A stretch of DNA of 64,000 nucleotides from an uncultured Planctomycetia bacterium (GCA_964373505.1 CAYJVC010000002.1:12352-76351), one strand, 5' to 3'. Positions 54,997-64,000 are shown, numbered from the stretch's first letter. Program-made: numbers and translations. Notes: generated by a model not told the origin, from the sequence alone.

Positions 54997-55590
54997 TTAG
55001 TTGCGCAGCGCCTCGGTCATACCGGCGGGCATTGCCGGCATCGCGAACTTCTCGTACCCGTCCGGGACCTCAAACAGTGAATCAGGCTGAGGGCCCGCTT
55101 CCAGGTTCCTGTATTCCACGCTCCAGCTGCCGTCAACGGCCTCGATCTTCACGGGAATGTCCGCCTCGCCCACCCATTGGTAGATCTGGGTTTGCTTCCT
55201 GTTTTCGGTGTAAGTAATCTTGAACTTTTGGGCGGGTTTTCCTTCCACCGTTTCGGGACCCAACGCAACGCGTTCGACCTCCCCGGGCATTTCCTTCGAA
55301 ACCTTGGCTCTCATCGTCGGGTCCAGGGGCTGTTCCATATACATTCTCTGCTCGTGCACAATCATCCAGGTGACATTTTTGTCAAAACGCGTGATCACGG
55401 CATTTTGCGGCATGTCCATGCGGGTTTTTTCCTGAGAGACGTAGATCTTTCCCTGAAAGCTCTGGCCATTCGCGGTGCTCACCATGTCCGCGGAGAAATC
55501 CTGCCATCCTTGAGCCCCTACCTCCTCCGAACCGCTCACGACCATAACAAAACCCAGAACTAAAACAAATTTAATCCGCCATTTATTCAT
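54997..55590 (-). CDS. Secreted protein of unknown function (DUF4412-like)
   Basis: 197 aa with a cleavable signal peptide, predicted beta-rich; no catalytic motifs recognised. Confidence 0.45.
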   Translation of the reverse strand: MNKWRIKFVLVLGFVMVVSGSEEVGAQGWQDFSADMVSTANGQSFQGKIYVSQEKTRMDMPQNAVITRFDKNVTWMIVHEQRMYMEQPLDPTMRAKVSKEMPGEVERVALGPETVEGKPAQKFKITYTENRKQTQIYQWVGEADIPVKIEAVDGSWSVEYRNLEAGPQPDSLFEVPDGYEKFAMPAMPAGMTEALRN

Positions 55591-55610
55591 TGCATCTCCT
55601 GTCGTTTAAA

Positions 55611-55646
55611 CTGAAAACGGGTCTGAAACTGAAAACGGGTCTGACC
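55611..55646. repeat. Tandem 18 bp direct repeat (CTGAAAACGGGTCTGAMM, two copies) with a third GGGGTCTGACCCC palindromic copy at 55701
   Basis: Seen directly in the glycosylase / DUF4412 intergenic region; each unit ends in a short GGGTC/GACCC palindrome followed by T-runs on the minus strand. Confidence 0.5.
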
Positions 55647-55743
55647 CTAATATCACTTCCTCAGAATTTGTAAGTCATTTAAAATCAAGTGCTTTCAAAA
55701 GGGGTCTGACCCCATTTGCATTGCTACCCGTTGACCCAGGGTT

Positions 55744-56544
55744 TCAAAGAATCCCTGTTCTGGCCCCATGGAATAGGTACTGCTGGACATACCCCGCCAA
55801 TCCTCCCCATTTCGATCTTGCAAACTGCCGTATTTTGTCTTCAGAAACCTCCCGGTTGCGGAAATAAAGCTTTCGCATCACGCGCGCCATCCACACATCG
55901 ACAGGGAACGCCTCGAGTTTGCGGAAGCCGTAAAGCAGCGCGCAGTCCGCGACCTTCGGGCCAATGCCAGGGAACGCGATCACGCGCGCCCTCGCCTCCT
56001 CATAGGACGCCTCGCGGATGACTTCAAGGCACGCGGGGTTCGTGAACACAAACTGCGCCGTGCGCTGCAAAAAAGGCGCCCGATAGCCGAGGCCCAGTTC
56101 GCGAAGTGTGCGCTCGTGCGTACAGGCCACGGATCCCGGCAGCGGAAAGCGCACGCCGCCGTCCAAGCGGTTTGAGAGATTGGCCCAGATCCCCATGATG
56201 CGTTTTACGTTGTTATTGGAAGAAATGATGAAGCAGGCAAGCGCTTCCCACGCATCTTGGCGGATGAGCCGCAGTCCTTTAAGCTTTTCAAAGGCCGGCA
56301 AAAGCCTTTCATCTTCCGTCAAGTGCGCATAGACGGGCGCTAAATTGAAGTCCAGGTCAAAATATTCCCGGACATCTTTTTCTTTTATTCTTCCTTCCAC
56401 TTCTAAGAAGCCGTTTGGCTTCGCGAGCCTCACCGGCACCCCGCGGATCACGCCCGTAAAAGCGTCCCCCTCGCGCCGAAACCCAAACACCTGTCCGGAT
56501 TCGAGCGTTGCCGCTAAATTAAAATCAGCAGTAGGAATTTTCAT
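55744..56544 (-). CDS. HhH-GPD superfamily DNA glycosylase (Ogg/AlkA-like)
   Basis: 266 aa; HhH-GPD motif FPGIGPKVADCALLYG with the catalytic Lys typical of bifunctional 8-oxoG glycosylases, followed by the Asp (PVDVW). Confidence 0.7.
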   Translation of the reverse strand: MKIPTADFNLAATLESGQVFGFRREGDAFTGVIRGVPVRLAKPNGFLEVEGRIKEKDVREYFDLDFNLAPVYAHLTEDERLLPAFEKLKGLRLIRQDAWEALACFIISSNNNVKRIMGIWANLSNRLDGGVRFPLPGSVACTHERTLRELGLGYRAPFLQRTAQFVFTNPACLEVIREASYEEARARVIAFPGIGPKVADCALLYGFRKLEAFPVDVWMARVMRKLYFRNREVSEDKIRQFARSKWGGLAGYVQQYLFHGARTGIL

Positions 56545-56617
56545 TGTGTCATAAGAAGTAAAAAAATAATTGTTCTCCGAGTAAATTGCATTTTTTCTTC
56601 CGTTTATAAATCTGAAC

Positions 56618-56764
56618 TAAATGGTGTGGGGAGACGCCAAAAATCGGCGCCAGCCGCGCCCTTGATTTTAAATATAATTTCGTCCATCGCGGCGATTCCG
56701 ATTTTTGGCGAGGGGCACACACGGCATTCTGTTCTTTGGAATGCCGTGTTCCCCACCATTTAGA
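56618..56764. repeat. MITE-like structured element with imperfect about 16 bp terminal inverted repeats and nested hairpins
   Basis: CTAAATGGTGTGGGGAG ... CTCCCCACCATTTAG ends; inside, perfect 13 bp inverted repeat CGCCAAAAATCGG / CCGATTTTTGGCG and hairpin CGGCATTC-8-GAATGCCG; non-coding, AT-richer than its surroundings. Confidence 0.4.
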
Positions 56765-56813
56765 GAAGATTTATGGAAGAAAAAATGCTTTGAGCGAGGG
56801 GACGATTATTTTT

Positions 56814-59800
56814 TTACGAGCACCCCATGGAGTTGCCGCAGTTCAGGCACTTGTAGCAGGCGCCGCTCCGCACCGTCACATGCCCGCAGAGCGAGCAAAA
56901 CGGCGCGTCGCCCATCATTTTGCCAAGCTGCTCATTGAGCGCATCGGCCGGCTCCGCATGGCCCTTGGCCGGCGAGTCGGCGATCTCGGCGCTGTGGGAG
57001 TGTGAATGCTCAGTGTGTTTCTGGGGTTTTGTCGACGGCGGCAGTGTCACGTCGGTCGTGGCCCCCATCGGCGGCACCTGCACGAGGTCGTGCCGGCCGA
57101 GGTACTCCATCGCCAGGAGCCTAAAGATGTAGTCCACGATGGACGTGGCGAATTTGATATTCGGATGATCCACAGGCCCCTGCGGCTCAAAACGCGTGAA
57201 CGTGAACACATCCACGTATTCCTGGAGCGGCACGCCGTACTGAAGGCCCAAAGAGACCGCGATCGCGAAGCAGTTCATCATGCTGCGGTAGGCCGCGCCC
57301 TCTTTGTGCATGTCGATGAAGATCTCGCCGAGCGCATGGTTTTCGTACTCGCCGGTGCGCACGTACACCTTGTGCCCTCCGATGCGCGCTTCCTGCGTGA
57401 TCCCGGTGCGTTTCTTCGGGAGCCGGTGACGGCGCGGTGCCGCTTCCACGGCCCTGGCTTCGTCCGCCGCGGCGGCCGAGCCCGACTCCGAAGTGGAATT
57501 CAGAGGCTGTGAGAGCTTGGAGCCGTCGCGGTAGAGCGCCACGGCCTTCAGACCCAGCTTCCAGCTTTCGACGTAGATCTTTTCGATGTCTTCGACCGTC
57601 ACTTCGTTCGGGAGGTTCACGGTCTTGGAGATCGCGCCCGAAATGAACGGCTGCGCGGCCGCCATCATACGCACATGGCCCATCGGGGCGATGAAGCGCT
57701 TGCCGTATTTGCCGCACTTATTCGCGCAGTCAAATACCGGCAGATGCTCGGGCCTGAGGCCCGGCGCACCTTCGATCGTCATACGGCCGCAGACGACGTC
57801 ATTGGCCTCCGAGACCTGTTTCGGCGAAAAACCGAGCGTCTCGAGCATATTGAAATTGAAATTGTTGTACTCTTCCTCCTTAAAACCCAGCCGTTTCATC
57901 GCCTCCTCGCCGAGCGTCCATTTATTGAACGCGAACTGAAGCTCGAACACGCCGGGAATATTCGCTTCCACCTTTTCGAGGTCCTCGTCCGTAAACCCGC
58001 GTTCCTTTAAGGTCGCGGAATTGATGTGCGGAGCGCCGTCCAAGGTCATCGTGCCCGTCACATAGGTTACGATGTCCCGCATCTGGTCCTCGCGGTAACC
58101 GAGGTTCTTAAGCGCTCTCGGAACGGACTGGTTCACGATCTTAAAGTAACCGCCGCCCGCTAGCTTTTTGAACTTTACGAGCGAAAAATCAGGCTCGATG
58201 CCGGTCGTATCGCAATCCATGAGAAGCCCGATCGTGCCCGTGGGCGCTATCACGGTCGCCTGCGCGTTCCGGTAGCCGTATTTTTCCCCGAGACGCACCG
58301 CTTCGTCCCAGTCCTCGCGCGCGGCCTTGAGGATCTCCGGCGGACAAGCCTTCTCGTTGATCTTGTAGGCCGCGTCACGGTGCTTTCTCATCACGCGGAG
58401 CATCGGTTCCTCGTTCGCCGCGTAGCCCGGGAACGGCCCGCGGTGCTTGGCCATTTCGGCGGAGGTGCGGTAGGCATGGCCCGTCGTGATGGCCGTGACG
58501 GCGCCGCAGATCGCGGAGGCCTTCTCGGAATCATACGGGATCCCCTTTACCATGAGAAGCGTGCCCAGATTCGCATAGCCGAGTCCCAGCGGCCGGTAAT
58601 CGTGGCTGTTCTGTGCGATGCCCTGGGTCGGATAAGAAGCGTAATCAACGAGGATCTCCTGACCGATGAAGAAAAGCCGGCAGGCGTGACGGAACCCTTC
58701 GACGTCAAAATTCCCGTCCTCGTCCAAGAACTTCATCACATTGATGGATGCAAGATTACAGGCGCTGTCATCCAGGAACATGTATTCGGAGCAGGGGTTC
58801 GAGGCATGGATCTTGTCGGTGTTCGCGCAGGTGTGCCAATCATTGATGGTCGAGTCAAATTGCACCCCCGGATCCGCGCAAGCCCACGCCGCGTAGGCGA
58901 TCTGGTGCATGAGATCCCGCGCCTCATAGGTGTCGCTCACTTCACCGGTGGTCCGGAATTTGGTCTGCCATTTTTCCCCATCCAGATAAGCTTTCATAAA
59001 TTCATCGCCGATGCGGACCGAATTGTTGGAGTTCTGGCCCGAGACGGTCTTGTACGCCTCACCGTTGAAATCGGAAGGGTAACCGGCCGCGATGAGCGCG
59101 GCCACCTTCTTTTCTTCTCTCACCTTCCAATTGATAAAGTCCGCGATCTCGGGATGGTCCATATCCAGGCACACCATCTTCGCCGCGCGGCGGGTCGTGC
59201 CTCCGGATTTTGTGGCTCCGGCGCCGCGGTCCAGCACTTCAAGGAACGACATGAGGCCCGACGAGGTGCCTCCGCCGGAAAGCATTTCCTGCCGCCCGCG
59301 GATCTTGGAAAAATTGGTGCCGGTGCCGGAACCAAATTTGAAAAGCCTGGCCTCATTTTTTATCAGATCGAAGATCGACATCAGGTCATCCTCGACTCTT
59401 TGAATGAAACACGCCGAACACTGCGGATGGGAATAAGAGTCCTTGGTGGAGACCGGCATCTCTTTCCTGAAATCCCAGGCCCAGTTGCCGCCGCTCCCCG
59501 TCTTGATGCCGTAGGCTTCGGCCAGGCCGCAGTTGAACCACACCGGAGAATTGAAAGCGCCCTTCTGAGTGATCAAAAGGTGGGAAAGCTCGGCCTCAAA
59601 CGCGTCCGCGTCCTCGGTGGAACGAAAATACCCGCCAAATTCCTCCCCGGCGCGGCGAAGCGCCTTCGCGATCCTTTCCACCACCTGCCGGGCGCTGGTT
59701 TCAGAGCCTGTGCCAGGGATACCCGCCTTGCGAAAATATTTGGACACGACAATATCGGTGGCTAACTGCGACCAGGACTTTGGAACTTCGGCATTGTCCA

Positions 59801-59984
59801 TTTTAAACACGACGGAGCCGTCGGTGTTGGTGATGGTGGAGCTTCGATTTTCGTACGGGATCTGGTCCAGGGCATTCACACCGGATTTCGTAAAGCGGCG
59901 CTCGATCTTAAGACCTTTTTTTACTTCATGGGTGAGAGAGCTGTGAGTCTGGGAGACGCTTTTCGCTTTCGAACCTGTTTGCAT
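56814..59984 (-). CDS. nrdJ: Class II (adenosylcobalamin-dependent) ribonucleotide reductase
   Basis: Large RNR ([21 protein letters not shown] active-site region) with C-terminal Zn-ribbon ([26 protein letters not shown]). The ORF-track ORF starts at TTG 60113, but ATG at 59984 with GAGGAG SD lies downstream of the mapped promoter and leader, so it is preferred. Confidence 0.85.
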   Translation of the reverse strand: MQTGSKAKSVSQTHSSLTHEVKKGLKIERRFTKSGVNALDQIPYENRSSTITNTDGSVVFKMDNAEVPKSWSQLATDIVVSKYFRKAGIPGTGSETSARQVVERIAKALRRAGEEFGGYFRSTEDADAFEAELSHLLITQKGAFNSPVWFNCGLAEAYGIKTGSGGNWAWDFRKEMPVSTKDSYSHPQCSACFIQRVEDDLMSIFDLIKNEARLFKFGSGTGTNFSKIRGRQEMLSGGGTSSGLMSFLEVLDRGAGATKSGGTTRRAAKMVCLDMDHPEIADFINWKVREEKKVAALIAAGYPSDFNGEAYKTVSGQNSNNSVRIGDEFMKAYLDGEKWQTKFRTTGEVSDTYEARDLMHQIAYAAWACADPGVQFDSTINDWHTCANTDKIHASNPCSEYMFLDDSACNLASINVMKFLDEDGNFDVEGFRHACRLFFIGQEILVDYASYPTQGIAQNSHDYRPLGLGYANLGTLLMVKGIPYDSEKASAICGAVTAITTGHAYRTSAEMAKHRGPFPGYAANEEPMLRVMRKHRDAAYKINEKACPPEILKAAREDWDEAVRLGEKYGYRNAQATVIAPTGTIGLLMDCDTTGIEPDFSLVKFKKLAGGGYFKIVNQSVPRALKNLGYREDQMRDIVTYVTGTMTLDGAPHINSATLKERGFTDEDLEKVEANIPGVFELQFAFNKWTLGEEAMKRLGFKEEEYNNFNFNMLETLGFSPKQVSEANDVVCGRMTIEGAPGLRPEHLPVFDCANKCGKYGKRFIAPMGHVRMMAAAQPFISGAISKTVNLPNEVTVEDIEKIYVESWKLGLKAVALYRDGSKLSQPLNSTSESGSAAAADEARAVEAAPRRHRLPKKRTGITQEARIGGHKVYVRTGEYENHALGEIFIDMHKEGAAYRSMMNCFAIAVSLGLQYGVPLQEYVDVFTFTRFEPQGPVDHPNIKFATSIVDYIFRLLAMEYLGRHDLVQVPPMGATTDVTLPPSTKPQKHTEHSHSHSAEIADSPAKGHAEPADALNEQLGKMMGDAPFCSLCGHVTVRSGACYKCLNCGNSMGCS

Positions 59985-60020
59985 GGTGGGGTCGCTCCTC
60001 GTGATCTTTAATTTTCGAGA

Positions 60021-60064
60021 CGAAAAAACGGAGCGCCAAATTTTACTTCCATGGCGCATCCGTT
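60021..60064 (-). promoter_or_regulatory. Leader hairpin plus U-run (attenuator-like) in the nrdJ 5' UTR
   Basis: Minus strand ACGGAUGCGCCA-13 nt loop-UGGCGCUCCGU followed by UUUUUUCG, between the predicted TSS and the nrdJ SD. Confidence 0.4.
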
Positions 60065-60080
60065 TCCTAATCCTGAAGCC

Positions 60081-60109
60081 ACTATAATCCCGCCCTTGTG
60101 GCTTGTCAA
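60081..60109 (-). promoter_or_regulatory. Near-consensus sigma70 promoter for nrdJ
   Basis: Minus strand TTGACA-17 nt-TATAGT; predicted TSS near 60074, giving a leader of about 90 nt. Confidence 0.55.
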
Positions 60110-60126
60110 GCAAATTTTGGAAAAAA

Positions 60127-60142
60127 CCACAATATTTTGTGT
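60127..60142. promoter_or_regulatory. Candidate NrdR box upstream of the nrdJ promoter
   Basis: ACACAAAATATTGTGG (minus) fits the NrdR operator consensus acaCwAtATaTwGTgt at most positions; sits about 20 nt upstream of the -35 hexamer. A second, poorer half-palindrome (CCACAAGGGCGGGATTATAGTGG) overlaps the promoter. Confidence 0.4.
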
Positions 60143-60215
60143 TTTTTAAGCCTCGACACCCCTAAAATCTCCTGATACAATGAAACTCATCACAAAATTA
60201 TAAGGAGGTTCGACC

Positions 60216-60842
60216 ATGCCAGAAACAGTTTCGCTTGACCCGGCAACCCTGGTGCTTTTCGCGCTGCGCTGGATCCATTTTATATTCGGAATTATTTGGA
60301 TAGGGCTTCTCTACTTCTTCAACTTCGTGAACGGCCCTTTCGCCAAGACCATGGACGCGGAGACCAAGAAAAAAGTCGTGCCTCAGCTCATGCCCAGGGC
60401 CCTTTGGTGGTTCCGCTGGGGCGCCATGATCACGTTCCTGACAGGCTGGAGCTATATTATAGGTAAGATCCAGCTGAATCAGACCGGTTTCATGGAAGGG
60501 CTTTTCGGCTCCACGTGGGGTCAGTGGATAAGTTTGGGCGCTCTCCTGGGCAGCATCATGTGGTTTAACGTTTGGTTCATCATCTGGCCCGCCCAACAGA
60601 AGATCATCGCATCCGTAAAGACGGGACAGGCGCCCGCGGATCTCCAGGCGCTCACAAGAAAGGCATTTATTGCCTCGCGGCTCAACACCTATTTGTCGGT
60701 CCCACTGCTCTTTTGCATGGGCGCCGCCTCCCACCTGCCCAGCTTTAACATCGTCATCGTCCTTATCGTGGCGGTGATCAGCGTGGCAATGGTGTGGCAC
60801 CTGATAGAAAAAGTTTCGCCCAAAGCCGGCGCTAATTTCTAA
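60216..60842 (+). CDS. Integral membrane protein of unknown function
   Basis: 208 aa, about 5 TM, Trp-rich (ALWWFRWGAM, WFNVWFIIWP); strong AAGGAGG SD and extended -10 (TGaTACAAT) upstream; divergent from nrdJ. Confidence 0.5.
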   Translation: MPETVSLDPATLVLFALRWIHFIFGIIWIGLLYFFNFVNGPFAKTMDAETKKKVVPQLMPRALWWFRWGAMITFLTGWSYIIGKIQLNQTGFMEGLFGSTWGQWISLGALLGSIMWFNVWFIIWPAQQKIIASVKTGQAPADLQALTRKAFIASRLNTYLSVPLLFCMGAASHLPSFNIVIVLIVAVISVAMVWHLIEKVSPKAGANF

Positions 60843-60844
60843 TA

Positions 60845-61636
60845 TTAATATTTAAAAACGATTTCCTTTGTTTGTTGGGGTCCGATCGTGATCTTTTGCG
60901 ATTGGGCCCCGAGTTTTTCATGCCACGCTTCCACCAGATAATCGCCCGGCGGCAGGTTCTTCAGCTTGAAACTTCCGTCGGAGTTCGTCACGTCAAAATA
61001 AGGATGAGGCAGGACTCCCACATACCCCAGCATCCACGGGTGCACGTCGCACTTGAGGGGTACCATCACTTCGGGGCTTGCAAATTTTTTGGTCTGTTTC
61101 ATGCCGGCAAAAGGAAGCCCCAGATTGAATTGTTTTGAGTTTTTTGGGAACGCGTGCACATTGTGGAGGGTCGAGTCGCTGTTTAAAAAAACGACGGGCT
61201 GGTCCACCTGTACCCCCGTCACGTGCGGGACATAAACGCAGTTCTTATTGTCGATTTCGACGGCCGTGTCCGGCGGCGGGAAAGAATAATTTTCAAGCCC
61301 TTCTTTGATGTACACGAACACGTTCTGCAGCATTCCGTCCGAAGCCACGACTTCTTCGGAAAGGATCTCGCCGTTGGAATGTAAGAGGGCGCACTCGGGG
61401 TTTCCCTTAACAGAAATGGTCCGAGCCGCAGGCGTCTCCCCTCCTAAGATCACACGGCCTTTCAACGTGGCGGCGGTCGCCGGGTCCATGGATAATTTCT
61501 GTGTCGACGAGGCAGGAGCGCCCGAGGAAGATTCAGCCGGATCATTCGGTGCCTCGGCCTCTTCGGACTTTTGTCCGCATCCCGACACCAAGAAGACCGA
61601 TACGACCCCGAGTAATAAAAGTCTGAATCCCCGCAT
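60845..61636 (-). CDS. Lipoprotein with cupredoxin-like copper-site motif
   Basis: 263 aa; lipobox LVSGC; C-terminal His ... Cys-x2-His-x2-Met arrangement (VHAFP ... CDVHPWM) reminiscent of type-1 copper sites. Function not established. Confidence 0.4.
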   Translation of the reverse strand: MRGFRLLLLGVVSVFLVSGCGQKSEEAEAPNDPAESSSGAPASSTQKLSMDPATAATLKGRVILGGETPAARTISVKGNPECALLHSNGEILSEEVVASDGMLQNVFVYIKEGLENYSFPPPDTAVEIDNKNCVYVPHVTGVQVDQPVVFLNSDSTLHNVHAFPKNSKQFNLGLPFAGMKQTKKFASPEVMVPLKCDVHPWMLGYVGVLPHPYFDVTNSDGSFKLKNLPPGDYLVEAWHEKLGAQSQKITIGPQQTKEIVFKY

Positions 61637-61657
61637 CCTGATTCTCCTTTTAAGAAA

Positions 61658-62296
61658 TCATTCCACTTTGATCGTTAAAATAAAATCCCCGGGGTGGTGA
61701 CAGGTGGGACACTCGGCGCCCTGCCGCGCAAGGCGTAATTTTTTTCCGGAGCCGATCCCCGCGGGGATCTTCACGGTGATCTTCTTGCCCTCCTGGGTTG
61801 CGAAACTCACCTCTCCGCCTTTTTGGGCCCTGGACTTTGAGATCTTAAGCGTCGCATGCAGGTCCGAAGTTGCTTCTTCCCCCAACTGGCCTCCTCCGGT
61901 GGAAAAAAGATCGGAGAAGACATCCTCAAAACCCCTCGCCGACCCGCCAAAATGAAAGCTGGCCCGCCGACCGCCTCCTCCTTGCGCGCCCCGAAAAGCC
62001 CTTAAGAGTTCTTCGTAATTAAAACCCTGCGCTCCCTGAAAACCGCTTGGCCCTCCGCTGTATCCGCCGCTGAATCCGGCCTTCTTATAATCGTCATACT
62101 CCCGGCGTTTTTTGGCGTCCGAAAGCACGTAATAGGCCTCAGATATTTCCTTGAATTTTTCTTCGGCGGACTTGTTATTGGGGTTGGCGTCCGGATGGTA
62201 TTTTTTCGCGAGGCTGCGGTAAGCGCTCTTGATCTCATGGGAGCTCGCGCTCTCCTTCAGACCGAGAACTTGGTAGTAGTCCTTAGAGGACGCCAT
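61658..62296 (-). CDS. DnaJ-domain protein (J-domain plus Gly-rich linker plus truncated C-terminal domain)
   Basis: 212 aa; J-domain with HPD (DYYQVLGL...[29 protein letters not shown]), G/F-rich region, single CxxC. Confidence 0.75.
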   Translation of the reverse strand: MASSKDYYQVLGLKESASSHEIKSAYRSLAKKYHPDANPNNKSAEEKFKEISEAYYVLSDAKKRREYDDYKKAGFSGGYSGGPSGFQGAQGFNYEELLRAFRGAQGGGGRRASFHFGGSARGFEDVFSDLFSTGGGQLGEEATSDLHATLKISKSRAQKGGEVSFATQEGKKITVKIPAGIGSGKKLRLARQGAECPTCHHPGDFILTIKVE

Positions 62297-62313
62297 GCTG
62301 AGTTACGGTGGGC

Positions 62314-63357
62314 CTACCGATTGACGGCTGCCTTGACCTGGACCTTATCGCGGCCGCCGTAACGTGCGTGCCAGGGGTTGGCGCCTTTGTCCAGCACCGC
62401 ATTGAGCGCAAGGATGTTCTTCACGCCGCGGTCCCTGAGCCACGCCTCGAGGGCCTGCACGCCATCCCGTGCATAAACCGGGATGCCTTCTTTCCAGGTC
62501 GCTCGGCCGCAGAGAACACCGGCAAAATTAACGCCGGCGCTTATCGCAAACTCCAAGCTCTCCCTGAAGACATTGTCATCCACGCCGGCCGATAGATAGA
62601 TAAAAGGCTTCTTCGTGCAGGCATCCTGGCGCTTGAAGACCTCCTTCGCTTCTTCCCAGTCATAAGCGGCTTCTTTGCCATTAAAAACCTTGGAACCTTT
62701 CAGGTATTTCACGTTGACCGGAATTTCGACCTTAAGCACATCGACCTTGTACTTGTCTTTCGAGAATTCCTCCATGCTGCGGATCACGATCTCGGGCTTA
62801 AGTTTCGCGTACTCCAGACCTTTTTCGTCCCCGCCCTTCGGGTCATAGCCGACAAATTCAAGGAAGAACGCGATGTCGGCCTCCTCGCACTCCTTGCCGA
62901 TGCGCTCGATGATCTCATGTTTCTTCCGATTGACTTTCGGGTCGTCAAACGGCGAGTAATAGAGAAGCACCTTCACGCAATCGGCGCCTTCTTCCTTGAT
63001 GCGTTTGGCGCTGTATCCATCGATAAAGTCGGGAATCCGGCCGGACTCCGTCGCGTCATAACCGGTTTTTTCATAGGCCAGAAGAAGCCCGGCACCTTTC
63101 GCGCGCTGGCGCGCGGCTTCGAGGCCGAACTCGGGGTCCAGCAGGATGGCGCTCGCATACTGCGTCAGCGCCTTGGTCACCGCCACTTTGAACTCGGACA
63201 TCATGGCGTAGGTGATCTCCTTATCGCTCACGCCCTTGGCCTTGGCGATTGATTTTTGAAGCGACCCGCGCTGGTCCATAGCCGCCGCGCTGATCACGCC
63301 GTTCTTATTGGAAACGGCCTCCAAACTTTTTAATTTTCCTTCCGAGATCGTAACCAC
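62314..63357 (-). CDS. Class I aldolase, LacD/DhnA family (tagatose-/fructose-bisphosphate aldolase-like)
   Basis: 347 aa TIM-barrel aldolase with candidate Schiff-base Lys region (DVLKVEIP) and overall LacD-like layout. Substrate not assignable. Confidence 0.6.
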   Translation of the reverse strand: MVTISEGKLKSLEAVSNKNGVISAAAMDQRGSLQKSIAKAKGVSDKEITYAMMSEFKVAVTKALTQYASAILLDPEFGLEAARQRAKGAGLLLAYEKTGYDATESGRIPDFIDGYSAKRIKEEGADCVKVLLYYSPFDDPKVNRKKHEIIERIGKECEEADIAFFLEFVGYDPKGGDEKGLEYAKLKPEIVIRSMEEFSKDKYKVDVLKVEIPVNVKYLKGSKVFNGKEAAYDWEEAKEVFKRQDACTKKPFIYLSAGVDDNVFRESLEFAISAGVNFAGVLCGRATWKEGIPVYARDGVQALEAWLRDRGVKNILALNAVLDKGANPWHARYGGRDKVQVKAAVNR

Positions 63358-63386
63358 TGGGAACTCCTTTTATAAAATTAATGAAT

Positions 63387-63463
63387 GAATTTTCGAATGC
63401 TGGGGGCCCCCGCCTGCCGGCGGGCAGGCTGCCCGCTGCGTCACCCCTCGCATTCGAAAATTC
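63387..63463. repeat. Long hairpin with GC-rich nested palindromes between DUF378 and the aldolase gene
   Basis: GAATTTTCGAATGC ... GCATTCGAAAATTC 14 bp stem enclosing GGGGGCCCCC and GCCTGCC-GGCG-GGCAGGC; the latter palindrome arm also occurs in the tRNA-Leu fragment insertion at 7408. Confidence 0.45.
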
Positions 63464-63481
63464 TACAACAAGGCGGGAGCG

Positions 63482-63703
63482 CTAAGGCTTCTTGCAGGCC
63501 GGACAAACCATGAAGTAGCTGGCCAAGAGCGCCAGCCCCGACAGACCTACCAACCCGTAAACCACGCGCACGGCGGTCGGATATTGGCCCAGCAGGTTTT
63601 CTACGAAATTAACCTGAAACAGGCTAATAGAACCCCAGTTCAGCGCGCCGATAATCGCCAGAAGTCCCACGATCTTACAGAGAAAGCAGCTTTGCTTCAG
63701 CAT
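63482..63703 (-). CDS. DUF378 family small membrane protein
   Basis: 73 aa, two TM helices with the family motif GALNWG; strong AAGGAGG SD. Confidence 0.7.
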   Translation of the reverse strand: MLKQSCFLCKIVGLLAIIGALNWGSISLFQVNFVENLLGQYPTAVRVVYGLVGLSGLALLASYFMVCPACKKP

Positions 63704-63753
63704 TCACCCTCCTTAGGTTATGGAACGGCCTTTCGTGTTCATTATAGCACACC

Positions 63754-64000
63754 TCACACACTGAACCTAAAATGCATGATATCGCCGTCCCGAACCACAT
63801 ACTCTTTTCCCTCCAGACGGAACTTTCCCTTCTCCCGGGCACCCTGCTCGCCGCGGTAGCGCACAAAATCGCCATAACCGACCACCTCCGCGCGGATAAA
63901 GCCTTTTTCAAAATCGGAGTGGATCTTGCCGGCCGCCTGGGGCGCTGTGGAACCGGCTTCCACGGTCCACGCGCGGTTTTCCGTTTCGCCCACCGTGAAG
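63754..64000 (-). CDS. ychF: Ribosome-binding ATPase YchF, C-terminal (TGS domain) fragment; 5' end beyond the window
   Basis: The ORF-track ORF begins with an internal Met but the frame stays open to the window edge; C-terminal ...[20 protein letters not shown]...[25 protein letters not shown] matches the YchF TGS domain. Confidence 0.8.
   Translation of the reverse strand, partial: FTVGETENRAWTVEAGSTAPQAAGKIHSDFEKGFIRAEVVGYGDFVRYRGEQGAREKGKFRLEGKEYVVRDGDIMHFRFSV

Noticed and set aside
55611-55646. CRISPR array
   Set aside because: Only two perfect 18 bp tandem units with no spacers, no further regular repeats, and no cas genes anywhere in the window.
59985-60215. Cobalamin riboswitch upstream of the B12-dependent nrdJ
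   Set aside because: With the promoter at 60081-60109 the leader is only about 90 nt. No B12-box-like sequence and no room for the multi-stem cobalamin aptamer; a simple hairpin plus U-run is what is actually present.

Overview
This 64 kb window is a GC-rich (by eye about 55-60%) bacterial chromosomal segment. About 50 protein genes lie almost entirely on the minus strand; only two are on plus (5122..5493 and 60216..60842). Read along the minus strand, the content is mostly housekeeping. It includes periplasmic Cu/Zn SOD plus DoxX, smpB next to ssrA (tmRNA), and a CHASE2-GGDEF cyclase. There are tRNA-Leu(CAG), tRNA-Leu(CAA) and tRNA-Ala(GGC), with leuS downstream of the latter two. TCA and related enzymes are present (citrate synthase, aspartase, aconitase). 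Also present are GH57 glucan enzyme, GT39 membrane glycosyltransferase, pyruvoyl arginine decarboxylase, ComEC, a ZIP transporter, AddAB helicase-nuclease preceded by a Cys-less ComFB-like gene, accA, an L,D-transpeptidase, mnmE-folC, TPR proteins, purH, pabB-pabC, gpmA, an APC-Usp permease, BI-1, an OmpA-LysM lipoprotein, a PpnN/LOG-like gene overlapping a deoxyhypusine-synthase-like gene, a HhH-GPD glycosylase, class II RNR nrdJ, a DnaJ-domain protein, a LacD-like aldolase, DUF378 and the 3' end of ychF. No CRISPR array, integrase, transposase or recognisable known defence island was found. The candidates worth follow-up are mostly non-coding or contextual. (1) A TIR-bounded element occurs twice, immediately upstream of smpB and accA; its inverted arms ACCCCATCCCCT / AGGGGATGGGGT supply an anti-SD, the SD, the GTG start, and an MTPSP...EGMG upstream ORF terminally overlapping the gene start. 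(2) A second roughly 80-130 nt intergenic repeat family (GAGATCCCTC...GGGATGAAATTCGC...hairpin...GCTYATTTCA) has three co-oriented copies between co-directional genes. (3) A low-GC SOS mutagenesis cassette (small Zn-ribbon ORF, SRAP, LexA, Y-family polymerase) abuts the 3' end of ssrA. (4) An RsbW-like kinase, a STAS protein and a CHASE2-PP2C phosphatase form a partner-switching set interleaved with MlaFED. (5) A degenerate 5'-half copy of tRNA-Leu(CAG) carries a perfect 20 bp palindromic insertion. (6) The nrdJ leader region has a near-consensus sigma70 promoter, a candidate NrdR box and a leader hairpin plus U-run. Several intrinsic terminators and promoters were also located. Two conserved small genes missing from the ORF track are proposed (a 59 aa DUF2934 protein and a 39 aa Zn-ribbon peptide).
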